Below, one piece after another: positions 44,183 through 55,661 of a stretch of DNA of 64,000 bases. The DNA lies in NCBI GenBank assembly GCA_963766715.1, contig CAVYBH010000009.1, forward strand, positions 36,080 to 100,079, given 5' to 3'. Both the position numbers and the translations under genes were made by a program. A model generated the notes under the pieces. That model was given only the letters and a program-made list of their open reading frames with translations. It was not told the DNA's origin and ran no database searches. The number at the start of each line of letters is the position of its first letter. The stretch's first letter is position 1. This stretch comes from an uncultured delta proteobacterium. GTDB taxonomy: Bacteria > Myxococcota > Myxococcia > Myxococcales > Anaeromyxobacteraceae.

Positions 44183-45349
44183 TCACCCCGCCGCCTCCGC
44201 CACCGCATCGTGAAAGGCCTGCCGCAAGGCCAGGATCTCCGCCGGCCGCCGCCCGTCCGGGTGGACGTGGTTCGTCAGCAGCGCGCAGGAGAGGCCCCGG
44301 TCCCGGTCGATCCAGAGCGTGCACCCCGTGTAGCCCAGGTGGCCGATCGCGCCAAGGGGTCCCCGGCCGAGCCGCGAACCGATCGACGACCCGCGCGGGC
44401 TGGGCGTGTCCCAGGCGAGCGCCCGCTCGCTCCCCGGCGTCGCGTCGCGCCGGGCGAACTCGGCCGCCACGGCCGGGTCGAGGATGCGTCCCCGGCCAGC
44501 CAGCGCGTCCACCCACTCCTGCCCGAGGCGCGCCACGTCGGCGGCCGTCGAGAAGAGCCCCGCGTGCCCGGCGACGCCGCCGATGGCCCAGGCGTTGTCG
44601 TCGTTCACCACCCCGCGGTTCACCTCGCCGCGGTGGGCGCAGCGCTCGGTCGGCGCGTACCGGCGCCCGGCGCAGGGCGCGAGCCCCACCTCGATGCGCC
44701 CCGGCCCCACGAAGAAGGTGTCGGCGAGCCCGAGCGGTCCGGCCACCCGATCCGCGAAGAGCCGGTCGAGCGGCGCGCCGCCGGCCTGCTCGAGGAGGAA
44801 TCCCAGCGCCAGGAAGGCCGGGTCGCCGTAGAGCGCCCGGGTCCCGGGCGGAACCTCGAGCGGCTCCTCCCAGAGCGCCTCCTCGACGAGCACCCGCCCC
44901 CGCGCGAAGGCGTCGCGGAGGTCGTGCGGCCGGAGGCCGGGCGGGAGGAAGGCCTGCGCCGGCGACCGGATCGCTCGCGGCCCGCTCGAACCACGGCCGG
45001 TACCAGGGCAGCCCGCTCGAGTGGGCGAGCAACTGCCGCACGGTCACGCCTTCCTTGCCGCCGCCCCGGAACATCGGGAGCCAGCCGGCGGCCGGCGCGT
45101 CGAGCCCGATCCGCCCCTCCTTCACGAAGAGTGCGGCCAGCGTCCCGGTGGCCACGACCTTGGTGAGCGAGGCCACGTCGAAGAGGGTCTTCCTGCCGCT
45201 CGTCCCGCCGGCGTCCGCCTCGCCGGAGGTCGCGGCCCGCGGCCCCGCCCCTCCCCCCCGCAGGCCGCGTACAGCGCCACGCCGTCCCGGTACACGGCCG
45301 CGTCCCAGGCCGGGGCGACGCCCGGCGGGACCGCGAACTCGACCTTCAT
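44183..45349 (-). CDS. Serine hydrolase, beta-lactamase class C-like (frameshifted)
   Basis: FDVASLTK, LLAHSSGL, YGDPAF, VNDDNA, GHAGLFS, GHLGYTG, LLTN. Confidence 0.88.
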
Positions 45350-46295
45350 GTCGTGGCGCCCTGCTCGAAGATCAGCCGGGGCGGCCCCTCGTCGGGCTGC
45401 CGCGGCGCCACCACCGTCACCATCGAGCCCAGCGGCAGGGCGTAGTTCTCGTCCTCGTGGCCGGCCGGCACCCCCTCGATGGTGGGCACGCCGACCTCCC
45501 AGGCCACCCGGCGGACCACCTCCAGCCCCTCCAGGTCCGGGTCGTCACACTGGGTGAACTGCCCGAGGGCCAGGCCGGCCACCCGGTCCATCGCCCCCGA
45601 CAGGCGCAGCTGGACGAGCATGCGGTCGATCCGGTACGGGCGCTCCCCCACGTCCTCGAGGAAGAGCACCGCCCCGGCGAAGCGGGGCTGCCAGGGGGTC
45701 CCGCACAGGTGCGAGAGCACGGTGAGCGAGCCGCCCAGGAGCGGCCCCGACGCCACCCCGGGCCGGAGCGTGGCCGCGCCGATCACCCCGCGCCCGGGCG
45801 GCGGCTGCGGCGCCCGCCGGTCGGCGAGCGGCGGCGATCCCCCGAAGAGGAGCCCTTCCAGGTGGCCGAGCGCGTCGGGCCCGAGCCGCCCGAGCTGGGT
45901 CACCACCGGCCCGTGCACGGTCACGAGGCCGTTGCGGTTCAGGAGCACGTGGAGCGCGGTGATGTCGCTGAACCCCACGAACACCTTGGGGGGGTGGAGA
46001 TCCGGGCCGCCTCGAGCCGCGGCAGCAGCCGCATCGCCCCGTAGCCGCCTCGCGCGCACCAGATGGCCCGGGCCTCGGGGTCGCTGGCGGCCTCGTGCCA
46101 CTCGGCCAGCCTCCGCGTGTCGTCCCCGGCGAGGTAGCCCTGCCGGGCCACGATGTCGTCCCGCATCCGGGGCACCAGGCCCAGCCGGTCCCGGAGCACC
46201 GCGAGCCCCTTCTCGAAGGCTTCGGGGTCGAACGGGCCGGAGGGGGCGACGATCCGGACGACGTCGCCCCTTTTCAGGGCTGGCGGCTTGATCAC
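45346..46295 (-). CDS. ldcA: LD-carboxypeptidase, S66 family (frameshift near 46005)
   Basis: IVAPSG, CARGGYG, GFSDIT, HGP, FLEDVGE, AGH. Confidence 0.9.
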
Positions 46296-46460
46296 GGCGC
46301 GAGCATATCTTCCGGGCCGACCCGGGTCGAGATCGCCGCACTGCGTCAAGTTCCCGACCCGGGGGCGTTTGTTGCCGCCCAGGCCCGTTTGCTACGTTCA
46401 TCGGTCCGGCTCGCGCCCCACCGGCCCGGCCACACGTCACTCCCGCGAGGAAGCCCGCAC

Positions 46461-48357
46461 ATGCCCGACAGGATCTCTCCCGACGGTGAAGTCTACTACC
46501 CCACACCGGAAGTGATTGCCCAGGCGCGCGTGAAGGACTGGGACGCGCTGGCCCGCACCGCGCTCGCCGATCCGCTCTCCTTCTGGGCCAAGGAGGCCGA
46601 GGAGCTGGAGTGGTACCGCAAGTGGGACAAGGTCCTCGACGACTCGAAGAAGCCCTTCTACAAGTGGTTCGCCGGCGCGCAGTGCAACATCGTCCACAAC
46701 GCGCTCGACCGGCACCAGAAGAGCTGGCGCAAGAACAAGCTGTCCTTGGTCTGGGTGGGCGAGCGCAACGAGGTGCGGACCTACTCGTACTTCGCGCTCA
46801 ACCGGGACGTCTGCAAGTTCGCCAACGTCCTGAAGGCCATGGGCGTGAAGAAGGGCGACCGGGTCACCATCTACATGCCCCGCATCCCCGAGATCGTCAT
46901 CGCCATGCTGGCCTGCGCGAAGATCGGGGCCATCCACTCGGTGGTCTACGGCGGCTTCAGCGTGGACGCCCTGCAGGGGCGCATCGAGGACAGCGAGTCG
47001 AAGGTGGTCGTCACCGCCGACGGCGGCTTCATGAACGGCAAGGTGGTGGAGCTGAAGAAGATCGTGGACGACGCCGTCCGCCACGCCCCCACGGTCGAGA
47101 CGGTGATCGTGGTGCAGCGCACCGGCCACGAGGTCCGCATGGAGCCGGGCCGCGACTACTGGTACCACGACCTCATGAAGCTGCCGCTCGCCACCGGCGT
47201 GTCGGCCACCGAGGTGATGGACGCCTACGACCCGCTCTACATGCTCTACACGTCGGGCACCACCGGCAAGCCCAAGGGGCTCATCCACTGTCACGGTGGG
47301 TACATGGTGGGCGTCTACTCCACGCTCAAGTACGTCTTCGACCTGAAGGACGAGGACCGCTACTGGTGCGCCGCCGATCCGGGCTGGGTGACCGGCCACT
47401 CGTACATCGTGTACGGGCCGCTGCTCATGGGCGCGACCACCTTCATGTACGAGGGCGCCCCCACCTACCCGTATCCGAACCGCTGGTGGCACCTGGTGGA
47501 GAAGTACGGCATCACCATCCTCTACACCGCCCCCACCGCCATCCGCGGCCTGATGCGCTTCGGCGAGTCGTGGCCCAACCGCCACGACCTCTCCACGCTC
47601 CGCATCCTCGGATCGGTGGGCGAGCCCATCAACCCCGAGGCCTGGAAGTGGTACCACCGGGTCATCGGCAAGGGGCGCTGCCCCATCATGGACACCTGGT
47701 GGCAGACCGAGACCGGGATGTTCCAGCTCACGCCCACGCCGGTGGTCCCGCTCAAGCCCGGCTCGGCCACCCGCCCCTTCTTCGGGCAGGACGCCGAGAT
47801 CCTCGACGAGAACGGGGGCCCGGTGGCCGACGGGGAGGAGGGCTTCCTGGCGCTCAAGAACCCGTGGCCGGCCGCCGCCATCACCATCTACAAGGACCCG
47901 GAGCGCTACGTGAACCAGTACTGGTCCAAGTACCCGGGCAAGCTACATGGCCGGCGACTCGGCCAAGCGCGACAAGGACGGGTACTTCTGGGTGATCGGC
48001 CGCACCGACGACGTCATCAAGGTCTCGGGCTACCGGCTCGGCACCGCCGAGGTGGAGAGCGCGCTCGTCAGCCACCCGGCCGTCGCCGAGGCGGCGGTGA
48101 TCGGCGTCTCCCACGAGGTGAAGGGGCAGGCCATCTACGCCTACTGCATCCTCCGCAAGGGCTTCAAGGAGAGCGAGGAGCTGGCCGACGAGGTGAAGGC
48201 CCACGTCGGGAAGCACATGGGACCCATCGTCCGTCCCGAGAAGATCACCTTCGTCGACTCGCTCCCCAAGACCCGCTCCGGGAAGATCATGCGACGCGTC
48301 CTCAAGGCCCGCGCGCAGGGACTCCCCGAAGGGGACGTCTCGACCCTCGAGGAGTGA
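46461..48357 (+). CDS. acs: Acetyl-CoA synthetase (frameshift near 47940)
   Basis: [55 protein letters not shown]. Confidence 0.96.
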
Positions 48358-48422
48358 GCGGGACTACGCTTCCTGTCAGGGCGGTTTCGGGGTAAACACG
48401 CCGAAACCCCCAAGGAGAACTC

Positions 48423-49352
48423 ATGCGAATCATCGTCGCCCTTGCGCTGCTCGCCCTCTCGGTCCCGGCCTTCGCGGCCGGCCCGGAACTGAAGACCGAG
48501 GAGGACAAGACCGTCTACGCGCTCGGCGCGCTGGTCTCGCGGAACTTCAAGGACTTCAAGCTCACCGCCAAGCAGGTCGAGCAGGTCCAGAAGGGCATGA
48601 CCGACTCGCTCACGCACAAGAAGCTGGCCGTGGACGTCGAGAAGCAGCAGCCCAAGGTCCAGGAGTTCGTGAAGCAGTACATGCCCGACCACCCGGGCGC
48701 CAAGGCGGACCCGAAGGCCGCCAAGGTCGCGCCCGACCAGAACACCCTCTACGCCCTCGGCGTGCTCGCCTCGAAGAACCTGAGCGAGCTTTCGCTCTCC
48801 CCCGCCCAGGTCTCCATCATGGAGAAGGGCATGGCCGACACGCTGGCCGGCAAGAAGAGCGCGGTCGACGTGGCCGCCTACGAGCCCAAGGTCCAGGAGT
48901 TCGCCAAGGCCCGGGTCACCGCCGCCGGTGACGCCCGCAAGGCCAAGGAAGCCGGCCAGATCGCCTCGTACGCCACGCAGAAGGGCGCCGTGAAGAGCGA
49001 CTCCGGCCTCATCTACATCCCCGTGAAGGAGGGCACCGGCGCCCAGCCCAAGGCCTCCGACAAGGTGAAGGTGAACTACGAGGGCAAGCTGATGGACGGG
49101 ACCGTCTTCGACAGCTCCTACAAGCGCGGCCAGCCCATCGAGTTCCCCCTGAACGGCGTCATCCCCTGCTGGACCGAGGGCGTGCAGAAGATGAAGGTCG
49201 GCGGCGAGGCCACCCTGGTGTGCCCGCCCTCGATCGCCTACGGCGAGCGCGGCGCCCCCGGCGCCATCCCGCCGAACGCCGCCCTGGTGTTCAAGGTCGA
49301 GCTGCTGGGCGTGACGCCCGGCGCCCCGGCTCCCGCCCCCGCAGGGAAGTGA
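48423..49352 (+). CDS. FKBP-type PPIase (FkpA/Mip-like) with duplicated N-terminal domain
   Basis: Two YALG...KGM.D.L units, then VNYEG...FDSS...VIPCWTEG...IPPNAALVFKVEL. Confidence 0.92.
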   Translation: MRIIVALALLALSVPAFAAGPELKTEEDKTVYALGALVSRNFKDFKLTAKQVEQVQKGMTDSLTHKKLAVDVEKQQPKVQEFVKQYMPDHPGAKADPKAAKVAPDQNTLYALGVLASKNLSELSLSPAQVSIMEKGMADTLAGKKSAVDVAAYEPKVQEFAKARVTAAGDARKAKEAGQIASYATQKGAVKSDSGLIYIPVKEGTGAQPKASDKVKVNYEGKLMDGTVFDSSYKRGQPIEFPLNGVIPCWTEGVQKMKVGGEATLVCPPSIAYGERGAPGAIPPNAALVFKVELLGVTPGAPAPAPAGK

Positions 49353-49354
49353 TC

Positions 49355-49999
49355 ATGACGACCACCGCCCTCCTCCTCCTGGCTCTCGCCGCGGCTCCGT
49401 CCGCGACGCCCGCGCAGATGACCGAGCGGCAGAAGACCCTCTACGCCCTGGGGGTCTCCGCCGCCGACAGCTTCCAGGTCTTCGCGCTGAAGCCGGACGA
49501 GGTGGCGGTGGTCCAGCAGGGGCTCAACGACGCCCTGCTGAAGAAGAAGCTGAAGGTGGACATGAAGGTCTACCGGCCCAAGGTGAACGAGCTCGCCACC
49601 GCGGGCTACGCCGCCGCGAGCCGGGCGCTCCTCACCAAGTACGCCGCGCAGAAGGGGGCGGTGACCACCGCCTCCGGCATGGTCTTCGTCCCGGTCCAGG
49701 CCGGCTCGGGCGCGAAGCCCGGCCCCGACGCCACGGTGAAGGTGAACTACGACGGCCAGCTCCCCGACGGGTCGGTCTTCGACTCGACGCGCCGCCGGGG
49801 CCAGCCGTCCACGCTCCCGCTCGACAAGGTCATCAAGTGCTGGAAGGAAGGGCTCCAGCGGATGCAGGTGGGCGAGAAGGCGCTGCTCGTCTGCCCGCCG
49901 GAGCTCGCCTACGGGGAGGCGGGCAAGCCGCCCACCATCCCGCCCAGCTCGGCCCTGCTGTTCGACGTCGAGCTGGTGGGCATCGAAGCGCCCAAGTAG
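49355..49999 (+). CDS. FKBP-type PPIase (second paralog)
   Basis: LYALG, VNYDG...FDST...VIKCWKEG...AYG...IPPSSALLFDVEL. Confidence 0.92.
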   Translation: MTTTALLLLALAAAPSATPAQMTERQKTLYALGVSAADSFQVFALKPDEVAVVQQGLNDALLKKKLKVDMKVYRPKVNELATAGYAAASRALLTKYAAQKGAVTTASGMVFVPVQAGSGAKPGPDATVKVNYDGQLPDGSVFDSTRRRGQPSTLPLDKVIKCWKEGLQRMQVGEKALLVCPPELAYGEAGKPPTIPPSSALLFDVELVGIEAPK

Positions 50000-50071
50000 G
50001 GCAGGCGCCCAAGTAGGGCCCCCCCAGGGAAATCCTGGCGGGCCGGGGCGCGATGCCGCCTAGATGGCGGC

Positions 50072-51193
50072 ATGTCCCCGAAGATCAAGCTCGCCTTGTC
50101 CGCGGCCCTCGCCGTCTCCACGCTCGCCCTCTGCGCGCTCGCCCCGGGCGACGCGTCCGCCTGCACCACCTTCCGGATCCAGTCGAAGGACGGCGCCATC
50201 CTGGTCGGCCGGTCGATGGAGCTGGGGATGCCGCTCCAGAGCGCGGTGATGATCGTCCCGCGCGGCTACCGGCTCTCGGCGACCCGGCCCGACCTGAAGA
50301 TGGGCACCACCTGGGTCGCGAAGCAGGGCTTCGCCGGGATGAACACGCTCGGCGCCGACATCTCCACCGACGGCATCAACGAGGCGGGGCTGTCGGTGGG
50401 CACCCTCTACATCCCCGGCTTCGTGCAGTACCAGCCCTTCCCGGCCGCCCCCGGCGCCCCGGCCGTCTCCAATCTGGAGCTCTCCAACTGGATCCTCAGC
50501 CAGTTCTCGACCGTGGGTGAAGTGCGCGCCGCGCTGCCGGGCATCGCCGTCTACGACCTCACCATGCCGCCGGCCGGCCCGCAGCCGCTCCACTGGGCCA
50601 TCTCCGACGCGCAGGGCGGCTCGATCGTGGTCGAGTACGTGGGCGGCAAGCTCGTGATCCACGAGAACCCGGTCGGCACCCTGACCAACAGCCCGAACTT
50701 CGACTGGCACCAGACGAACCTGCGCAACTACGTCAGCCTGACCAACCTGAACGTCGACCCGCTGCGGCTCGGCTCGACCGAGATCGTGCCGCTCGGCCAG
50801 GGCACCGGCCTCATCGGCCTCCCCGGCGACTACACCCCGCCCGCCCGCTTCATCCGCGCCACGGCGCTCGCCTGGTCGTCGGTGCAGGCGCCCAACGCCG
50901 CCGAGGGGGCGAACGTCGCCTTCCACATCCTGAACGCGGTCGACATCCCGGTGGGCTCGGTGGCGCAGAAGGTCCCGGGCAAGGACGGCAAGCCGGCCAC
51001 CCTCGAGTACGAGATGACCCAGTGGGCCACCGTCCACGACCTGACCAACCGGATCCTCTACTTCCGGACCTACGGGAACCTGGCCATCCGAAAGGTCGAC
51101 CTGCGCAAGCTCGACCTCTCCGGCAAGGCCATCCTGCACGTGCCCATGCCCACGGGCATGCAGGCCGAGGACGTGACCGCGCTCGCGAAGTAG
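50072..51193 (+). CDS. Ntn hydrolase, choloylglycine hydrolase / penicillin V acylase family, secreted
   Basis: Signal peptide then N-terminal nucleophile CTT, GRSME, DGINEAGL, LTNSP, LPGDYTPPARF. Confidence 0.92.
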   Translation: MSPKIKLALSAALAVSTLALCALAPGDASACTTFRIQSKDGAILVGRSMELGMPLQSAVMIVPRGYRLSATRPDLKMGTTWVAKQGFAGMNTLGADISTDGINEAGLSVGTLYIPGFVQYQPFPAAPGAPAVSNLELSNWILSQFSTVGEVRAALPGIAVYDLTMPPAGPQPLHWAISDAQGGSIVVEYVGGKLVIHENPVGTLTNSPNFDWHQTNLRNYVSLTNLNVDPLRLGSTEIVPLGQGTGLIGLPGDYTPPARFIRATALAWSSVQAPNAAEGANVAFHILNAVDIPVGSVAQKVPGKDGKPATLEYEMTQWATVHDLTNRILYFRTYGNLAIRKVDLRKLDLSGKAILHVPMPTGMQAEDVTALAK

Positions 51194-51239
51194 GCGCCGC
51201 GGCCGCCGACGGGCGACCGCCATCGCGACGGCGGGGCCG

Positions 51240-52344
51240 CTAGTCCGCGACCGTCACGACCCGCTTCAGCCCGGTCGCCGGCTCCCGCAGCGCCTCGGGC
51301 GCGTCGTCGATCGACACGCGGCTGGAGATGAGGCGCGACAGGGCGCCCGGCCAGCGACGCTCGAAGAGCCCGATGTCCTGGATGGCGGCGCGGAAGGCCT
51401 CGCCGCTGGGGTGCACCGGGCTGATGATGACCTGGTTGCGCTGCACCATCCCGTGCAGGAGGTAGCCGGCGTCGAGGGTGAAGGCGCCGCGGCGTCCGGG
51501 GATGCCGGTCAGCAGATAGACGCCGTTTCGCCCCAGGTGCTCCATGGCGGCGAGCGCCTGCGGCGTGGCGCCGGTGGCCTCGAGCATCACGTCGATGCGC
51601 CCGGTCCGGTCGACCAGCGAGTCGAGCTTCTCCTCGTCGGCGGTGATGAACTGGGCCCCCAGCGACTCGGCGAACTCGGCCCGCTCGCCGCGTCCCCCGT
51701 GGGAGTAGATGGTGACCTTGTAGCCGCGGACCACGAGCGCCATGGTGCCGAGCAGGGCCACCGGCCCCGCGCCCAGGACCACCGCCCGCTTGCCCGTCCC
51801 GCCGGTCTCGCCCAGCGCCGCCCAGGGGAGCCGCTTCTGCACCTGCTCCAGCTCGGCTGATGGCGGTCTCGGCCAGCGCCAGCGGCTGGGTCAGCACGGC
51901 CACGTCGCGCAGCTCGCGGGGCACCGGCTGCAGCCAGCGGGCGTCGTCGGAGAAGCGCTCGGCCAGGAAGCCGTGGGCGTCCTTGATCCCGCGCTGCGTG
52001 TACTCGCCGGAGAGGCAGAAGTCGGGGCGCCCCATGCGGCAGGCCCGGCAGGTCTCGCGGCGGCAGGGACGGCGCACGGTGGGCACCACCAGGTCGCCCG
52101 GGCGGATGCGCCGCACCGACGACCCCACGTCGACCACCTCGCCGAGCGCCTCGTGACCCAGGATCAGGTAGTCCGATTCGGACGGGGGCGACCCGGTGCG
52201 GAAGGAGGCGATCTCGCGGTCGGTGCCGCAGAAGCCCACGTCGAGGACGCGGACGATCACGTCGCTGGGGGCCAGGATGGCCGGCTCGCGATGGTCCACG
52301 AGCCGGAGCGCGCGCTCCTCGGGAAATACGGCGACGGCTTTCAT
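51240..52344 (-). CDS. Zn-dependent glucose 1-dehydrogenase-like MDR (frameshift near 51858)
   Basis: CGTDREI, LGHEALG, VPTVRRPC..C.AC...C, LGAGPV. Confidence 0.85.
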
Positions 52345-52357
52345 TGTGGCGAGTCCT

Positions 52358-52997
52358 CTAGAAGTGGAATTCCGGCGAGGCCAGGAGCTGCAGGCCTCCG
52401 ATCCAGTAGCCGTTCATCGTCCCGCCCTCCAGGATCAGGTCGAGCCCGATCCCGAGGCGGCTGGCGTTGAAGAACGAGACGCCGGCGCCGAGGCGGCCGA
52501 CGCCGCCAATCTTGCGAATCCGGGCCGATGATGAGCCCTCCGCCGATGCGGAACCGGGCCACCTCGCCGTCCGACCGGCCTCCCGGCTTGACGACGTAGT
52601 CGAGCGTGGGCTCCCACATGGTCACGCTGGAGGACTTGTGCACGTCCTGGGTGCCGTCGAAGTAGCTGCTCTTCACCGTCCCGATGCCGATGGTGAGCCC
52701 CACGCTGACGTTGCTCACGCCGCCGAGGTTGAAGTCGACCTGGGGCCCGACGAGGAACGGGATGAAGCTGGTGTACGACCCGGTCGAGCAGGTGCCGGCG
52801 TAGAACCCGTAGTAGCAGTTGTACCAGCCCGAGTTGTAGAAGCCGGCGCCGACGTTCACGCGCACCACGTTGTCCCAGCCGTCCAGCCGCAGCGGCGGCG
52901 GCTTCACGTCGGGCGACAGGAAGGTGTACTGGGCCGAGGCCGGGCCTGCGATCGCGAGCGCACCGGCGACCGCAGCCATCCTGAGAAAGCTGCGCAT
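52358..52997 (-). CDS. Secreted protein, probable outer-membrane beta-barrel (frameshift near 52515)
   Basis: Signal peptide ending ASA-Q; corrected C-terminus LQLLASPEFHF ends in Phe. Confidence 0.65.
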
Positions 52998-53011
52998 GGA
53001 ACCCCGGAGTC

Positions 53012-53998
53012 CTACGTGTTCTGCGAGAGGATCAGGTTCACGTACTGCGCGCGCTCGAAGGCGCGCGGGTCGCGGGCCGACTTCTGCGAGAGCGTGCCCC
53101 GGAAGTCGTCGATGGCGGAGTAGTGGCCGCGCTCCATCCAGTCGTCGAGCCCCTTCTGCAGCGTGGCCAGGTGGGTCACGCCGTTGCGGAGCAGGGACGC
53201 GGCCAGCTGCACCACGGTCGCGCCGGCCAGCAGCATCTTCACCACGCCGGCGGTGTCGTGCACGCCGGTGGAGGCGGCCAGGTCGGCCTTCACGCGGCCG
53301 TGCAGGATGGCCGTCCAGCGCAGCGGGAGCAGCATCTCCCAGGGCTGCGAGAGCTGCATGGAGCTGTTGAGCGACATGCGGTCGAGGTCGATGTCCGGCT
53401 GCAGGAAGCGGTTGAAGAGGACGAGCGCGTTCACGCCCTCGTCGTCGAACTTCTTCGCCACGTTGGCGAAGGAGGTGAAGTAGGGCGAGAGCTTGAGCGC
53501 GATGGGGACCTTCACCGCCTTGCGCACCGAGCGGACGATCTCGATGCACTCGCGCTCGATGTCGGCGCCGCTGACGGCCGGGTCGGCCCCGACGGCGTAG
53601 ATGTTCACCTCGATGGCGTCGGCGCCGGCGTCCTCGAGCTGCTTGCCGTACTCGCTCCAGCTGCCGGCGGCGGCCGCGTTGAGGCTGGCGATGACCGGGA
53701 TGCGCACCGCCTTCTTGGCCCGGTCGAGCAGGCGCAGGTACTCGCGCGGCCCGATGCGCTGGGGCGGCAGGTAGCTGCGGGCCTCCGGGTTCGCGTCGGC
53801 CTGGAAGGAGACCGCCTCCTCGAGCGCCGTCTCGGCGGCCTCGATCTGCTCCTCGAAGAGCGAGCGGAGCACGATGGCTCCCGCGCCGCTGGCCTCGGCC
53901 GACTGGAAGTTCTCGGGCTTGTTGGAGATGGAGGAGCTGGCAACGACGAGAGGGCTGGGAAGCTCGAGCCCCATGTACCGCGTCGAGAGGTCGCTCAT
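53012..53998 (-). CDS. Dihydroorotate dehydrogenase-like flavoprotein
   Basis: DLSTRYMGLEL, SLFEEQI, IASLN, KLSPYF, LFNRF.QPDID, FERAQY. Confidence 0.88.
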   Translation of the reverse strand: MSDLSTRYMGLELPSPLVVASSSISNKPENFQSAEASGAGAIVLRSLFEEQIEAAETALEEAVSFQADANPEARSYLPPQRIGPREYLRLLDRAKKAVRIPVIASLNAAAAGSWSEYGKQLEDAGADAIEVNIYAVGADPAVSGADIERECIEIVRSVRKAVKVPIALKLSPYFTSFANVAKKFDDEGVNALVLFNRFLQPDIDLDRMSLNSSMQLSQPWEMLLPLRWTAILHGRVKADLAASTGVHDTAGVVKMLLAGATVVQLAASLLRNGVTHLATLQKGLDDWMERGHYSAIDDFRGTLSQKSARDPRAFERAQYVNLILSQNT

Positions 53999-54078
53999 AG
54001 GCCCGCCATCCTCGCCGGATCGGGCCGACTTGTGAAGGGGTTCCGCGTGTTATAGGCCTCCTTCCCTCGGAGGCCGCC

Positions 54079-54990
54079 ATCCCCCGCTCCCCCCAGACCT
54101 CGGGCCTCCTCTACGCCCTTTCCGCGTACCTGGCCTGGGGCCTGTCGCCGGTCTACTTCAAGGCCCTGCGCCCGTCCGGACCGGTCGAGATCCTCTCCTG
54201 GCGGGTGGTTGCGTCGGTGGCGCTCCTGGGGGCGATGACGGTCGCGATGGGGCGGGGGGCGGAGGTGGCCCGGTCGCTCTCCGACCGGCGCCGCGTCCTC
54301 ACCTTCGTGGCGACGACGCTCCTCATCTCCTGCAACTGGGCGCTCTACATCTGGTCGGTGAACTCGGGCCACCTGCTCGAGGCGAGCATGGGCTACTTCA
54401 TGAACCCGCTCGTCACCATCCTGCTCGGGGTGGTCTTCCTGAAGGAGGGGCTCGACCGGCTGCAGGCCTTCGCGGTGGGGCTGGCGGCGGTGGGCGTGGC
54501 CTGGATGGTGGCGGCGCACGGGCGGCTGCCCTGGATCTCGCTCGCGCTCGCCGTCTCGTTCGCGCTCTACGCGCTGCTCCGCAAGAAGGCCCGCATCGAC
54601 GCGGTGGCCGGACTGCTGGTGGAGACGTCCTTCCTGGCGCCGCTGGCCTTCGCCTACCTGGGCTGGCTCTGGTGGCGCGGCGAGGCCCACTTCGGGACCT
54701 CGGCGAGCATGAGCGTGCTGCTCCTCTCGGCCGGGGCGGTGACGGCGCTGCCGCTCGTCTGGTTCGCACTGGGGGTGCACCGGCTGCGGCTGTCGACGAT
54801 CGGCCTGCTCCAGTACGTGGCCCCGACGCTCCAGTTCTCGCTGGCCGTGCTCGCCTACCGGGAGCCCTTCGACGCCACGCACGCCGTGACCTTCGCCTTC
54901 ATCTGGGCGGGGCTCGGCATCTACACGGTGGACGCGATCCAGAAGGCGCGGCGGCACCTGCCGCAGCCGGCGGTGGAGCCGCTGGACTGA
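54079..54990 (+). CDS. rarD: RarD / EamA-family transporter; apparent ATC start
   Basis: YLAWGLSPVYFK, NWALYIW, EASMGYFMNPL, LPWISL, GLLQYVAPT. Confidence 0.9.
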   Translation: MPRSPQTSGLLYALSAYLAWGLSPVYFKALRPSGPVEILSWRVVASVALLGAMTVAMGRGAEVARSLSDRRRVLTFVATTLLISCNWALYIWSVNSGHLLEASMGYFMNPLVTILLGVVFLKEGLDRLQAFAVGLAAVGVAWMVAAHGRLPWISLALAVSFALYALLRKKARIDAVAGLLVETSFLAPLAFAYLGWLWWRGEAHFGTSASMSVLLLSAGAVTALPLVWFALGVHRLRLSTIGLLQYVAPTLQFSLAVLAYREPFDATHAVTFAFIWAGLGIYTVDAIQKARRHLPQPAVEPLD

Positions 54991-55018
54991 CGCGCCGCGT
55001 CGCTCCTGCTTCGCCGCC

Positions 55019-55474
55019 CTACTCCTTCTTCTGCGGACGCACCGTGACGACCGGCATCGGCGCCCGGCGCACCACCCGCTCGGCGACCGATCCGAGCAGC
55101 ATGTGGGCGAGGCCTCTGCGGCCGTGCGTCCCCACCACGATGGCGTCGAACTTCCCGTCCTCGGCGGCGGCCACGATCTCGGCGGCCGGCTCCCCCACGG
55201 ACTTGGCGGTCTCCACCTTGGGCGCGCCGTCGGCGAGGGCCTCGGCCTTCCAGCGGACGAGCAGGGCGTCGGTCTGCTCGGCGAGCTCCTGCAGCATGCC
55301 GGTGGCCGGCAGCACCGTGCCCTCGGGCAGCGTGTAGCCCGGCAGCGGGTAGGCGTGGAAGACGGTCACCTCGCCGCCGAAGCGGCGCGCCAGCTCGGAC
55401 GCGACCTGCAGGGCGCTGCGGGACGCATCGGAGAAATCCACCGGGCACAGGATCTTCTTCCACTCGAGTGCCAT
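55019..55474 (-). CDS. Universal stress protein
   Basis: KILCPVDFS, AIVVGTHGRRG, LLGSVAERVVRRAP. Confidence 0.93.
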   Translation of the reverse strand: MALEWKKILCPVDFSDASRSALQVASELARRFGGEVTVFHAYPLPGYTLPEGTVLPATGMLQELAEQTDALLVRWKAEALADGAPKVETAKSVGEPAAEIVAAAEDGKFDAIVVGTHGRRGLAHMLLGSVAERVVRRAPMPVVTVRPQKKE

Positions 55475-55661
55475 CACTTGTCCTTCCACTCGCCGATGAG
55501 GAAATCCTCCTCCATGGGCGACAGGTCGAAGCGCTGTCCCGCCTCGGAGATGAGCTTCGATCGCGACGCCTTCGGGTCGGCCATCCGCTGCTCCGCGAGC
55601 CAGATCAGCGCCCGTCGCAAGCGCATCCCCCTTCGGGGGTAGTCCTGTCACCTTCGCCCAT
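55474..55661 (-). CDS. Small hypothetical protein missing from the ORF track (frameshift near 55620)
   Basis: GGAGG SD, ATG 55661; reads PEGD...LRRALIWLAEQR...AGQRFDLSPMEEDFL...stop overlapping the usp start (TGATG). Confidence 0.6.
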
